Position numbers and translations under genes: made by a program. From the NCBI RefSeq assembly GCF_964188315.1, contig NC_135664.1:34658001-34722000 (forward strand): a stretch of DNA of 64,000 nt, given 5' to 3'. Positions 23,579-36,200 of this stretch are shown here, piece by piece. How positions within the stretch are numbered: the first letter of the stretch is position 1; each line of letters starts with the position of its first letter. The notes under the pieces are model-generated. The model was not told the origin of the DNA and did no database searches. It saw only the letters and a list, made by a program, of their open reading frames with translations. Source of the DNA: Podarcis muralis (Eukaryota).

Positions 23579-26500
23579 ATGAGGCGCTTCTGGCCGTGCG
23601 CCGTCGTGCTGGGGCTGCTCGCCGTCGAGGGCGTGCGCGGCGCGCAGAAATTCGCCACCTATCCCGACATCACCAACAAGACCTTCATCGACGACTATAT
23701 CAACGCGCACAACGATCACCGCAGCGAAGTCCAGCCCCCCGCTTCCAACATGCTGTACATGGTGGGTGTCCCGGGCGCGGGGTGGGAGGAGGAAAGGAAA
23801 GCCCTCGTTTCCAGCTGGGCGCTTAGGAGAAGGAGCTTCCCATTGAACCCGCCGCCACCTTTTCTTTCGCAGGGCTCCTTGCCTGCGGTTTAAAAAGGCA
23901 GATACTTCAGGTCACGCCTTTGGGCATTGTAAGATGACGGTCTCAGGCAGAACAACAACAACAAAAAAGTTCCTTTCAGTAGCACCTTAAAAGGTAAAGG
24001 GACCCCTGACCATCTCGCTTTACTGGCCGAGGGAGCCGGCGTACAGCTTCTGGGTCATGTGGCCAGCATGACTGAGCCGCTTCTGATGAACCAGAGCAGC
24101 GCATGAAAACGCTGTTTACTTTCCCGCCAGAGCGGTACCTATTTATCTACTTGCACTTTGACGTGCTTTCGAACTGCTAGGTTGGCAGGAGCTGGGACCG
24201 AACAACGGGAGCTCACCCCGTCGCGGGGATTTGAACCGCCAAACTTCTGATCAGCAAGCCCTAGGCTCTGTGGCTTAACCCACAGCACCACCCGCCAACT
24301 AAGTTTGTTCTTGGTATGAGCTTGCGTGTGCGTGCACACTTCTTCAGTAACTAGGTCTCAGGCAGCTCATTGTGGTTATATCTGGGAAGGGATGAAGGAC
24401 CCTGGTGAGGTTTTCTGCCTCAGATTGCGAAGTAACCGCAGCAGCTCGAGGCTGAGAATAGTCACTGGTGGTTTTCTTTTCTTTTGGCGTTAACGCCCTT
24501 TGACCCGCCTCTGAAAGCTGTATGCGTAATTCACATGGTAGAATGAGAATAGATAGCTGGCTCTTCAAAAGCCCGGCAGGTATTATACTTACTGGTGCCA
24601 GTGAGTAATATTTAAGTAAAGGGTCTACCAGTGTGAGAGATAAGATCATAAAGGGAAGGCAAAGTGACTAACATTAAAACCAATTAAGCACATTCAATAA
24701 AACCATCTAAAAACATAACTAAACAATTAAAAGGGGGCAGAACTTGTTTGTTTTAGTGAAACTGAAGACGTGTTATCCATTAGAAGTGGGAAATGTTATT
24801 CAAAGCTGTGTGCATGATACTTTTCTGTTTTGCAGAGTTTTGATCTAGGTTTAGCTAAAATAGCGAGAGCATGGGGACGGAAATGCATTTTTGGACATAA
24901 TCCAAACAGAAAAGTCCACCCTGAAATTAAATATCAGCCATTTGGAGAAAATATATGGCGGGGATCTGCCTCCAGCCAACCATTTGATGCTGCTGCTGCC
25001 ATTAATGCATTTTACAGTGAAGTACAATACTATACCTACGATGACCACACATGTTCCAAAGTATGTGGTCATTATACTCAGGTAAGTTTCATCTTCATCT
25101 GCTTAGAAAATTTTAATCAAAACTTAAAGAACTTGAGTAATTTGAGACTCTGGATGCTTCCAGACTGTCATATTTTGATGTGATTCAGTCACATCCTGGC
25201 AAATTCAAGCTGTGCAATTAAAGTTAATTTGGAGCTCTTGCAAAAAAAAAACCTGCTTCCCCAAAATACTGGACTTTTTGCAGTCAGAAAAGTGATGGGG
25301 AAATGCCCTGGAAAGTGAGGCATAACATTTGCTTCACACAATGCTGTCTAATAATCTCTCCACAAATAAATCAGGATGAATGCTAAATAGCCAACACTAT
25401 CAAATCTTCAAACAAATCAGGTTGAACATTCATTAAACAGGCCGTCTGGAAGTGACCTCTGTAATCATACTTTGTGAAATAATCATATTCCTACCATCAC
25501 AATAGAAACTGCTTACTTATAAAATACATTGAATGCTTGAAGTTAATTAATTGACAACTTTCAGAAAAAGGTCCCCACTTCAGTTTCAGTTCTGTAGGGT
25601 TTTTTGAATTGCTAGAAGTTCTAACATCTATAAAAACTCGGAGCTACTAGCAATGGGCCAGCACTAAGTGTTGCAGGGCTTATGCATGGCAAGTTCTTAC
25701 CATGAGAATTAAAGGCAAATTGTCTTAAGACAACCCTTCTTTTAATGTCCTGTTCTGCTCTTTGCAGGTGTGTAGTTTACCCATGCAAAAAGCAACAAAG
25801 GTATAATTTACAAAGAAATGACCCCCTTGGTCATGACACACAGCAGACAAACAACTCCAAAATAAATATTAAACATTTGTTTGTAGTACTTTTATACCCC
25901 TTGTTTGTTAAAGTTGCACAAAGCAGTTTGATAATACTGATTAACAACTGTAACAACCCAAATTCAGTAGAAATAATTGCTAAGCTATCAGCACAAATTA
26001 CTGACAAATAGGCCAGGAAGCCCAAAGGTGTTTTATTCAATAGCCATGCTATTATTCTAAAACAAAGCATTAAAAGTTAGTGTGTGGATCTGTTGAAGTT
26101 TGGTAGGGCATGATATTTCCTAACAAATGTCTCTTTGTAACACAACATACTGAGTTTGTAGCATCCTTCTCTATCAATTGCATCAAAATCAATAATAATT
26201 AAATATTCAATTGGGGATAGTGTTCTGTTGCTTTATATTGGAGAACCATTATTTTATCCTCACAAATATTTTGGTTACATATTTCCCTGGCACACAGTTG
26301 ATTTTAGATACTATATTTCCATTGCTCAAGATGAGCAGAAATCATACGCCATTTTACATCATAACTGTCAACTTTTCCCTTTTATTGTGAGGAATCCTAT
26401 TCAGAATATGTTTTGCATATATATTTTAAGAACATAAGACAAACACCCGTGGTCCATCTAGTTAAGCATTTTCACAGTGACCAACCAGATTAGGGTACTT

Positions 26501-29500
26501 GAATATAAGCTTTGAATTCTTATATAATATAAAGATGCCTGTAGCCAAATGCCAAGTGAGGGCAGGAATGTGGAGAGAAGCTGATTGCTAGAAATGGTAA
26601 CTATTAACACAACTTGTACCTTTATCTTATATAATAAAACATATCCTTTCCAGGTTGTTTGGGCTGATTCTTACAAGGTTGGCTGTGCTATTGTTTTCTG
26701 CTCTCGAGCGACAGATGGAGAGAGAAATGTTTTGCATTTTGTGTGCAATTATGCTCCAGCGTAAGTTAACAAATGCTAAAGAGATTGTGTTGACACTTAA
26801 GGTAAGGTAAAGGTACCCCTGCCCGTACGGGCCAGTCTTGACAGACTCTAGGGTTGTGCGCCCATCTCACTCAAGAGGCCGGGGGCCAGCGCTGTCCGCA
26901 GACACTTCCGGGTCACGTGGCCAGCGTGACATTGCTGCTCTGGCAAGCCAGGGCAGCACACGGAACACCGTTTACCTTCCCGCTAGAAAGCGGTCCCTAT
27001 TTATCTACTTGCACCCGAAGGTGCTTTCGAACTGCTAGGTTGGCAGGCGCTGGGACCGAACGACGGGAGCGCACCCCGCCGCAGGGATTCGAACCGCCGA
27101 CCTTTCGATCGGTAAGACCTAGGTGCTGAGGCTTTAACCCACAGCGCTAGCAGTCTAAAATTCATGTGATGGGCAGCTACAGGTGATTTGGAGGAAATCA
27201 GGCCTGTTAGGTGGAGCTTCCCCTCCGCTGCCATCACAGGACAGTACATATGACATCAAACATCTTTATAAGCTTTTTTTTTTGGGGGGGGGGACTTTTC
27301 ACCAGGGGTTTCAAATCATCTGTGAACAACAAATGTGAAACCAAATGCAAGGGTTATCATTGAAAGGGTTGTTTTTGTGACTTCAGTAACTCCTACTTCA
27401 TGGACCCTTTGCCAATATATATATAATGAATGGTCAGATTCTGCAAAAGACCCTCTTTTTACCCTTTTTGAGGGTAAAAAGGTGGTGTGGAGGAACCATT
27501 ACTGCTGCCACTACTATCATGGCAGCAAAGAATGCTTTTAAACATTAAAAAAATAGAACAGCTGGTAGGAGGAGTGTAGGAGAAATGGGGCCTGCAGGTG
27601 AAAAGAAGCCAGGAGTAGCACTGCTACCACAAATAGGAGGTTGGGACATAAAATTCAGCAAGCGTCATTGTGCGGGACATCAGCTAGATTGTGCTGACAG
27701 CCCTCTGAAGTCAGAGCCTTCCAGCATTAGCATATACATACTTTATACATGGTGTCTCTCTACAAATGTCTTTGACATCTGCATTTTGCCCTAATGTTCT
27801 TTGGCCTCTGAATTGCTGTCATGTTCCCCTGTACTTCCCCTGTACAATTCCTAGCTCCAGTCCATTCCCATTTGGACATTCATAAAGTTTTTCATCATTC
27901 CTGGGAGGTGAGCTGTCCTGAACTGGATATTCCTTATAAAAACTGGGCAGTCAGCCTTTTGATTTTAAATGCCAACTGCCTGCTTCCATTCTTGTTAGAG
28001 TGGTCCCTTTTTAAGCATGTCTGGCTTGTCCTGAAACATTAACAAATCCACCACTGTAAATCCACCTGTCTAGCTGGCCCTGTGCAAGGAATAAGAAGCA
28101 TTTGAAAGAAATCTATCTTGAAGGGCTGGTTTTCCCACCTAGCAATAAAAATTTTGCTGCCAGGATCTCATGACTACATTTTGTCACATCATTTGTGCCA
28201 ACGTGCACCACACACTCCTCTCCAGCACTATCTTATCAGGATATCTAAATGATGTTTGCCACCCACAACATTTCCACCATTGTTTACAGATGTATGTCTT
28301 GCTTTTATTTGTTGCTACTGTTGATTTTTGTAACACAAAAATACAATTTTGAGACGTGTCTGTTTGTCAGGACATTTACAGCATCGAACACAAGTCATTT
28401 GTATCTCTGATCAAATGAAAGAATCGATCCCTTACATCTGTTTCCTTAAGATTATTTCGGAAAGCTTTAACCTTTGTTCAAGCACAGGTGTTTCTATAGC
28501 TGGCTGACCCTTGCAAGAGTGTTCAAGTGAATAGTGTGAAAGGTGATAAGGTAACTTAAATAACTTCACAATGTAAGACCACTCATTTGAGCATTGTTAC
28601 CAGGGTGACTTGGACCACTTCAGTATTCTCTGAATGAGATCCAGATTGTAGTGACCAAAGGCAATGGTGTGTCTGAACTAGGCATAATACCTAAATATAT
28701 TTGGCAGCTCTATTCTGTGTAAGTCAGTTTTTATATCCATTCCTTCACATTCAAAGACTTGTCACCTCTTCCAGCTCAACATACTCTACTGTGATATTTG
28801 GTCTTGTGTGTTGATGCCTTTATACCTAGGATTGCATTCCCTCTCAGACAATTTTACAGGAACTGCATTACAGTGATGGGTAGGGCCAGAGGAAGAATAA
28901 TGGATGTGACTTTTACCTTTGTACAGTAGGCTTCCATCCAGACAAAAGCCAGACAAACACCCATCACCATAAGTAAGAGGCATGATCGCAGTTCAAGGAT
29001 TCATTACAGCCAGAAAAATCATTCAAGAGTGCAGAGGTAGGCCTGATGAGGCCCTTGGAAAAATTCAAGGACCAGATGGAGAGGCCTGGAAGGCTGCATT
29101 TGGCCCCCAGACCTAGACAACTTATTTGTTACATCTAAAATCTTTAATTATATTACCAGTAGCTTGCATTTTAATTTTCAGTTTAGCTTTGTGTACTGAA
29201 TACATAATGTTACATAATATTTTGTTCTTTAGGGGCAATTACCGGGGCGTTCGTCCTTATAAAAGAGGATCATCATGTAGCAAGTGCCCAGAAGGAGACA
29301 CTTGTCCAAATCAACTCTGCAGTAAGTATGATGATAAACTATCACATTTTAAAAAATGTATTTATTTAGATAATTTCTTTATTGCTTAACACATCTGGGG
29401 GGGGGGGGGAGAATAAGTGACTTGCAGCGTACCTTTAAAAACTACAAATACAATGCAGTGGTACCTTGGGATAAATACTTAATTCGTTCCGGACGTCCGT

Positions 29501-30047
29501 TCTTAACCTGAAACTGTTCTTAACCTGAAACACCACTTTAGCCTATGGTGCCTCCTGCTGCTGCTGCGCCGCCACTGTACGATTTCTGTTCTCATCCTGA
29601 AGCAAAGTTCATAACCCGAGGTACTATTTCTGGGTTAGCGGAGTCTGTAACCTGAAGCGTATGTAACCCGAGGAAATACTCTTCCATTATATGACAGAAA
29701 ATAAACCCAAGGTAAAATAGTAACATTTTTAAAGCTTTCTTTTGCTTGTTATATGTATTTTCTCTTTTTTCCAGGAAATTCTGAACGTGAGAAAGAAAGG
29801 AATGAGAGTATGTATTACATTTTTATTTTGTTGTTTAAATTTAGAGCAAAATTCACATTCAGTAAAAATTACCTTCTTTTTTTAAAATATAGATTATAAA
29901 CGATGGAATCCACCGTATGATTTCCACATTACCTGTGATGAATCCTGTATTGCTGTTGCAGTTTTAAGGCCATTATTAATGTTTATAGCATTTGCAGTTG
30001 TTTACTACTTAAAATTACGTTATCCAGGTTTAAATTTAAAACATTAA
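23579..30047 (+). CDS. GLIPR1-like protein 2-like, tandem copy 2, 270 aa
   Basis: Exons 23579-23761, 24836-25081, 26654-26760, 29233-29321, 29775-29807 and 29893-30047. Signal peptide, GHYTQVVW, FVCNYAPAGNY, C-terminal TM; AATAAA at 30324. Confidence 0.92.
23989..24295 (-). mobile_element. Sauria SINE inserted into a Penelope-like fragment (PLE parts ~23965-23988 and 24296-24350)
   Basis: (ACCTTT)n tail, CCTATTTATCTACTTGCAC..GCTTTCGAACTGCTAGGTTGGCAGG core and tRNA-like head. The flanks rejoin as CAGTAGCACCTTA..CAACTAAGTTTGTTCTTGGTATGAGC. Confidence 0.85.
26799..27147 (-). mobile_element. Sauria SINE
   Basis: AGGTAAAGGTACCCCTG tail, diagnostic core and GGATTCGAACCGCC B-box on the reverse strand. 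Confidence 0.88.
29456..29673. mobile_element. Tigger-type MITE (same family as 10013-10238, reverse orientation, one end damaged)
   Basis: CAGTGGTACCTTGG...TTAACCTGAAAC..GTAACCCGAGG. Confidence 0.75.
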
Positions 30048-31544
30048 TCTCCAATATGCACATAAAACACACAACAATTTTCTTTGAGTATCTTAGCTAA
30101 CAGAGCACATTAACACAAATGCTAATATTATTTCCTTGTGTTTTATATTGTAAAACTAAATTTGGCTTGTTTTATTGCTTCATATCATATTTTGTTGTTT
30201 TTTTTTCAAAATTGTAAAAAGTTCTGTTTCATATTGATTCATTGTGAATATTTTTAAGTCTGTAAGATATTAATATAATATAAAATATATGGTCATATAT
30301 TGTATGTTAAATACCATGTAAAAAATAAAGATCAAGCATATTAAAATAAGCTTAATTATTTGACATGATTAAGCTATACACGAGTCCTTTTTTCTTCTTC
30401 CAAAATCACGAACCGACAATTTTTAGTGTTCTACTTTAGTTTTATACATGCTTTTATAAATTTAATATGATTTTTTAAAACTGCTGTGGAATAGAAGCTT
30501 GAGACAGTTATTATTGCTAAGTAGCTGAGTCCTGTGATTGTTAGCTAGCCAGGTTTTGTTTCTGCTAAAATAAGTTAATGATAAAATTACACAGTGGAAT
30601 GGGTGTGCACTAAGATAAAGTTTGTTTGATTTTTAAGCTATTACTGATTTTTAAGAAGCAGGCAGTTGGCATTTAAAATCAAATAGAACTGGTATAGTTT
30701 CCAGTTTGTAATCTTTTCTTCCATTTTTCCTGGACACTTGTGAGGTTGACTGCTGTTTGCTATCTGTTCTGCAGCTTTTTGAGAATCCTTGCATAACCCT
30801 CATTCGTTTCTACTTCACACTGCTAATTCTGTACAGTAGTTTGTATCTGTTGGGGTAGCACATTTTCTGGTACTGTCTTTTGTTCCCACAAAGAAAGCCA
30901 GAAGTTGATAATCCAGAGCAATCAAGGTATCACCTATTGCAAAACAGAATTTTAGATTTGATAAAAACTGTATACTTGAACAGTTTTAAAGTTAATATTT
31001 TGACACAGTTATAAAAATTACCTGGTGCATTTGAAATATTTGTAAATAGGCAAGTGCAGTTTGCTGTACCAATTAACCAGATTTTAGAAGTTTGTTTCAT
31101 CCATCTTGAATTAAAACAATCTACACTTCAATTGCAAACCAGAAACAGTAAATATGAAAATGCAAGTTGCTATAGTTTTTGTAAAATGTAGGCTTTTGGG
31201 TTGGGAGACTTTATTTTCTATTATTGGAGAGAAATAGAAATATTTATTATTTCATTTTTTTCAAGCTCATTTTGGTGCACAAAAACACACAAAACATGCT
31301 TTTGCAGCTACCGGTACTTTGCTTCAGCTTTCTGCAAACCAGTTTTAATGTTATAATTTATAAATTATTTAAATCATTGTTTTACTCTTCGCCAAAAAGG
31401 CTCCCAGAATGGCTTACATATGTCAATAAGACAGTCCCTGCCCTCAGGCTTACAATCTAAAATACATGTCACAAAAGGAATAGGTACAGGAAATCAGGAG
31501 AAAACAGAAATAGTAAGAACATTCGGCCTAGAAATAGTAAAAAA

Positions 31545-32560
31545 AAGTCAAATGCTTGGGAATAGAGATTACAATGAAAAATATAAATCTATTTGAGGAT
31601 AATTACAAAAAAATTGGACTGCAGTAAAAAGTGATATGGAAATTTGGACAAAACTGAAATTAACATAATGGGGCAGAATATCAGGAATAACAATGAATCT
31701 CTTACCAAAATTAGTTTCTGTTTCAAATGATTCCCATAATAGGCAAAGTAGAATGATTCAACAAATGGAAATTGGACTTGACGAAATTTATATGGCAAGG
31801 CAGAAAGCCACTTATTAAATACAAATTATTAACAGATAAGAAACAGATAAGAAAGAAAGAGGTAAGTTTGGGCTCCCTGATTTGAGAACTTATATTGAAG
31901 CTGCATGTTTGTGCTGGATCAGAGAATGGATCATGCTAGAAAACATTGATGTTTTGGATCTGGAGGGATGGAACAATAGATTCGGCTGGCATGCCTATTT
32001 AGCGTACCATAAAGTAGAATAAAGAATTGATGCTTTTGAATTATGGTGCTGGAGGAGACTCTTGAGAGTCCCATGGACTGCAAGAAGATCAAACCGATCC
32101 ATTCTTAAGGAAATCAGCCCTGAGTGCTCACTGGAAGGACAGATCGTGAAGTTGAGGCTCCAATTCTTTGGCCACCTCATGAGAAGAGAAGACTCCCTGG
32201 AAAAGACCCTGATGTTGGGAAAGATGGAGGGCACAAGGAGAAGGGGACGACAGAGGACGAGATGGTTGGACGGTGTTCTCGAAGCTACCAGCATGAGTCT
32301 GACCAAACTGTGGAAGGCAGTGGAAGACAGGAGTGCCTGGTGTGCTCTGGTCCATGGGGTCACGAAGAGTTGGACATGACTAAACGACTAAACAACAACA
32401 AAGTAGCTGTACATAAAGAATTTTTAAATCATGTTATCAGAAGGTCATTATATAAAGTCTGCGGAAGACATTGGAGATTGTTAGAGCCCAAAACACCATG
32501 GTGGATATCACCATTAGAGGTATTATCTGTTAAAAAGAAAAATACATTTTCAGAGATCAT
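31545..32560 (+). mobile_element. Decayed L1 ORF2 fragment split by a Bov-B insertion
   Basis: KFIWQG..GLPDLRTYIEAA..WIREW..GWHAYLAYHKV|AVHKEFLNHVIRRSLYKV..KTPWWISPLE reads through once the insert is removed. Confidence 0.75.
32018..32399 (+). mobile_element. Bov-B LINE 3' fragment with TSD
   Basis: Near-identical to 5350-5715; (CAA)n tail; TSD AAAGTAG at 32011-32017 and 32400-32406. Confidence 0.92.
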
Positions 32561-32959
32561 CTCCGCTTTGGTATCATTTCATAGCCCAAGATTGGATTCT
32601 GACTCAAATGAAGCCTTCGCTGTCTTGACCTGTCTCCCGGGTTTGGTTTAACAATAATAATAAATAATAATAGCAGCAGCAGCACTGAGGAGATGTCCAA
32701 CTGCGCTTTTCCCAACGGTAATGATTTTATAAAAAAATACAAATGCTCACCGTAGGACCCGACTTCTCCTCAGACTGCTTGCCAAAGTAACTGGGAACCA
32801 AGCGGAACGCCTCCCCTAAACAAAATTAGATGTCGCTGCACCCAAACGGGTATTGCAGGGGGTTGGACTAGATGACTTCTAGGGGTCCCTTCCACTTCCT
32901 ACTCTACAATTCTATGACCTCATAGCCCCCTTCCTGTGTTTCCCGGACGCTTCCTAGTG

Positions 32960-33279
32960 GGGCTGCCCCACCTTGTGGCGCTGGTGCAAGTCAGCGCGCT
33001 CTGGATATGGCAGGGATGCATACAGTAACGGACTTAGAACGGGCGGGAGAGGAGGAAGAACCGTGCGCCACGCGCGCACTAAAAGTGGCGCGAGAACGCA
33101 GGCAGTGCGCGCGCAAAGTTCTAGCCGTTTAATCATCCAGGCTCCTGACCGTCCCCTGCAGTTTGAGCGGCCCGCCGCGCAAGGAGCAGGAGGCGGCGCC
33201 GGCGGAGACTGTTAGAGGGCAGCTATGCTCGCTGCGCGCGCCGCTACCCGACGCGCGCTTTTTCCCCCCCAATCAAGCC
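32960..33279 (+). promoter_or_regulatory. CpG-island promoter of GLIPR1L2-like copy 3
   Basis: CpG-rich; CTGTTAGAGGGCAGC at 33209-33223 aligns with the copy 1 and 2 element. Confidence 0.55.
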
Positions 33280-36200
33280 ATGGGGCTGCTGTGGTGGCCG
33301 CGGGTGGCGCTGGCGCTCGTCGCCTTGGAGGCCGCGAGCGGGCGCAGCTTCCCCAGCATCAGGAACAGGACCTTCATCAACCAGTATCTCGACACCCACA
33401 ACAACTACCGCAGCGGGGTCAACCCCCCCGCTTCCAACATGCTGTACATGGTGTGTGTCCGCGGGGTGGAAGGAGGAAAGGCAGCCGAGGGCGGGGAGTG
33501 CTTGGGGAGAAGCTGCCCCTGTCATATGCCCCTGCCTCAGGCAGTCAGTGTTGGCTGCTGTGGGGGTGCTGGGAGAAGGCTTCGCCAAGGGGGGCAAAGG
33601 GAAGCTGCCCCTCTAAATCAAGTAAATCAATAAAAATAGTTAACTAGCTGAGGGGCTGGCCCCCCATATTATTATTATTACTATTAGAGCTTATATACCG
33701 CCCTGTACCCGGAGGTCTCAGGGAAAAGATCACAACATATATAATCAGAATAAGAACAACAACCCCACCTCAGAAAAGAGCTATATTTTAAAAGGGTATA
33801 TGAAACCTGTCTCTCTCTCCCCCCCCCCATAAATCCTGACTACACCCATGGGAGAAGCCTTTGTGAGCGGCTGGGGGGGGGGGGGTTGCCACAGATTACA
33901 GAATAACAGACCAGCCTTGGTTTACTACATACCTTGCTGCGTTGTTGCCAGCGACGACGACAATCTTTTCTCTTTTTTAGGGTTTTCTGTCCATTTAGAG
34001 TTACACCTCATGTCTTGCTTCTGAACTATATGCATAATTTTTACATAGTCGAATGAGGAAAACGTGTTAGTTCTTAAAAAACCTAGCAGTTATATTTACT
34101 GCTGCTAAGTGTGTAATTCTTTATTTAAAATAATGTTTAAGTATAGAAGTACCAGGCTCAGGCCCCGATTCTCATGGCTCATGGCATTCCTTAAATAAAT
34201 AAATAAATAAATATTGCCTTCGGGTTCCTGGGCGATGATTACATTTTCCAGGGTTTAATTGATTCCAGAACTCAATCCCTGCATAAATTGAACCCTGACT
34301 AATGGCTGTTTTAGGTTGAGCCAAGACTGACTATCACCTGTCCTGCATCCAAGTTAGCTTGTTACCCACAGGGGGGTTACCCACAGAAACCAAGAATAAT
34401 AGGTTGCTTACTTGTAACTGATTAAGTCATCTTGTTAGTCAGTGTTTCAAAGAACTGTTTATGTAACAAAAAGAATGACGATCAGAGAAGAAGAAGAAAC
34501 CCATCCTTTTTATAATTCTTTAATAGGATGTTATGATTTTTACTATAACTGCAACCCTCTCTTTTATTGCACCAAATATGCATATAGTTCTAGATGCTTT
34601 TCTTTGCCTTTCTTTATATGCTTTTCTTTCAAACAATATATATGCTTTTTCTTATTGATATAAGTTATTGATATAACTTTACATATTTTTCCTTCTGTAA
34701 AGAAAGTCCAGACTGTTCATTAAGTGGAATATAAAATTAATTCATTATTTTATTGTTTTAAAATGACCAAAACAAAACAAAAAAAATAGTCTGAATCACT
34801 TCCACCTTTGGGAGTATTTGTTTAAATTGTTGATTATCTAAGGCAGCCACTTGTTTTGCATCTCTTGATTGTTTTTACCCAGACCTATTCATTATTAATA
34901 TAGATTTTTAATTTGAATGACACACTCCAGTTGTAGAGGATCCCATATTTGCAGTTTCTCTAGTAAGAACTGAAAATCATTTTTTCTTGACAGTATTTCA
35001 GCATGAACATAAAGACTAAGATTTCTGTAGTTTCAACAATCAGTTTCCTTTTGGCCACACATTCCTCTAAATAACAGCATGAAAGTAATGAAAATGTATT
35101 TTAATTCATTCAGTTTCTTTGATATTTTAGTTCCTATACAATTCGCTGTCCCCCCAATCAAGAAAAGCAATAAAATACTTAACTGAGGCTCTGCCCCCCA
35201 ACATGAAGCCTGTCCCAGCACAAATTCTGGCTATACCCATGCCTGTGGGTAGATTCCCTTGAACTCAATGGGGCTTTCTTCTGAGTAGACATATAGAATT
35301 TCATCATTCGACAGCTTGGTGCAAGTAAATATTTCTGAAGAAATACTTGCTAGAACTCAAGATGTATTATCAGCACGTTTACTATACATGCATAATGTGA
35401 TAATGTCATAATTTTTTATATTTTGCAGACATTTGATCTAGCTTTGGCTAGAATAGCTAGAGCATGGGCACAAAAATGCATTGTTATGCATAATCCAACT
35501 GATATGGTCCACCCTGATCCTAAATTTAGGCCTTTTGGAGAAAATATATGGGCTATAACGGGCTTTAACTACCCATTTGATCCTGCTGGCCCCATTGAAG
35601 ATTTTCATGACGAGGTAAAATACTACACCTACAATACCCACAAATGTACACGTGTTTGTGGTCATTATACTCAGGTAAGTTCTTCTCTTCTCTGCTTACA
35701 TAGTCCACAGAATTTGAAGCAAAATGCAATAACTTTAATTATTTCAGACAATAAAAGTATGAAGTAAATATTGTAGTTGCTCTGTGATCATAAACTGTGA
35801 AGTAATAATCTGCATTCTGTTATTATCAAGGATACTTAAAGGTAAAGGTAAAGGTACCCCTGCCCGTACGGGCCAGTCTTGACAGACTCTAGGGTTGTGC
35901 GCCCATCTCACTCAAGAGGCCGGGGGGCCAGCGCTGTCCGGAGACACTTCCGGGTCACGTGGCCAGCGTGACATCGCTGCTCTGGCGAGCCAGAGCCGCA
36001 CACAGAACGCCATTTACCTTCCCGCTAGTAAGCGGTCCCTATTTATCTACTTGCACCCGGGGGTGCTTTCGAACTGCTAGGTTGGCAGGCGCTGGGACCG
36101 AACAACGGGAGCGCACCCCACCACGGGGATTCGAACCGCCGACCTTTCGATCGGCAAGCCCTAGGCGCTGAGGCTTTTACCCACAGTGCCACCCGCGTCC

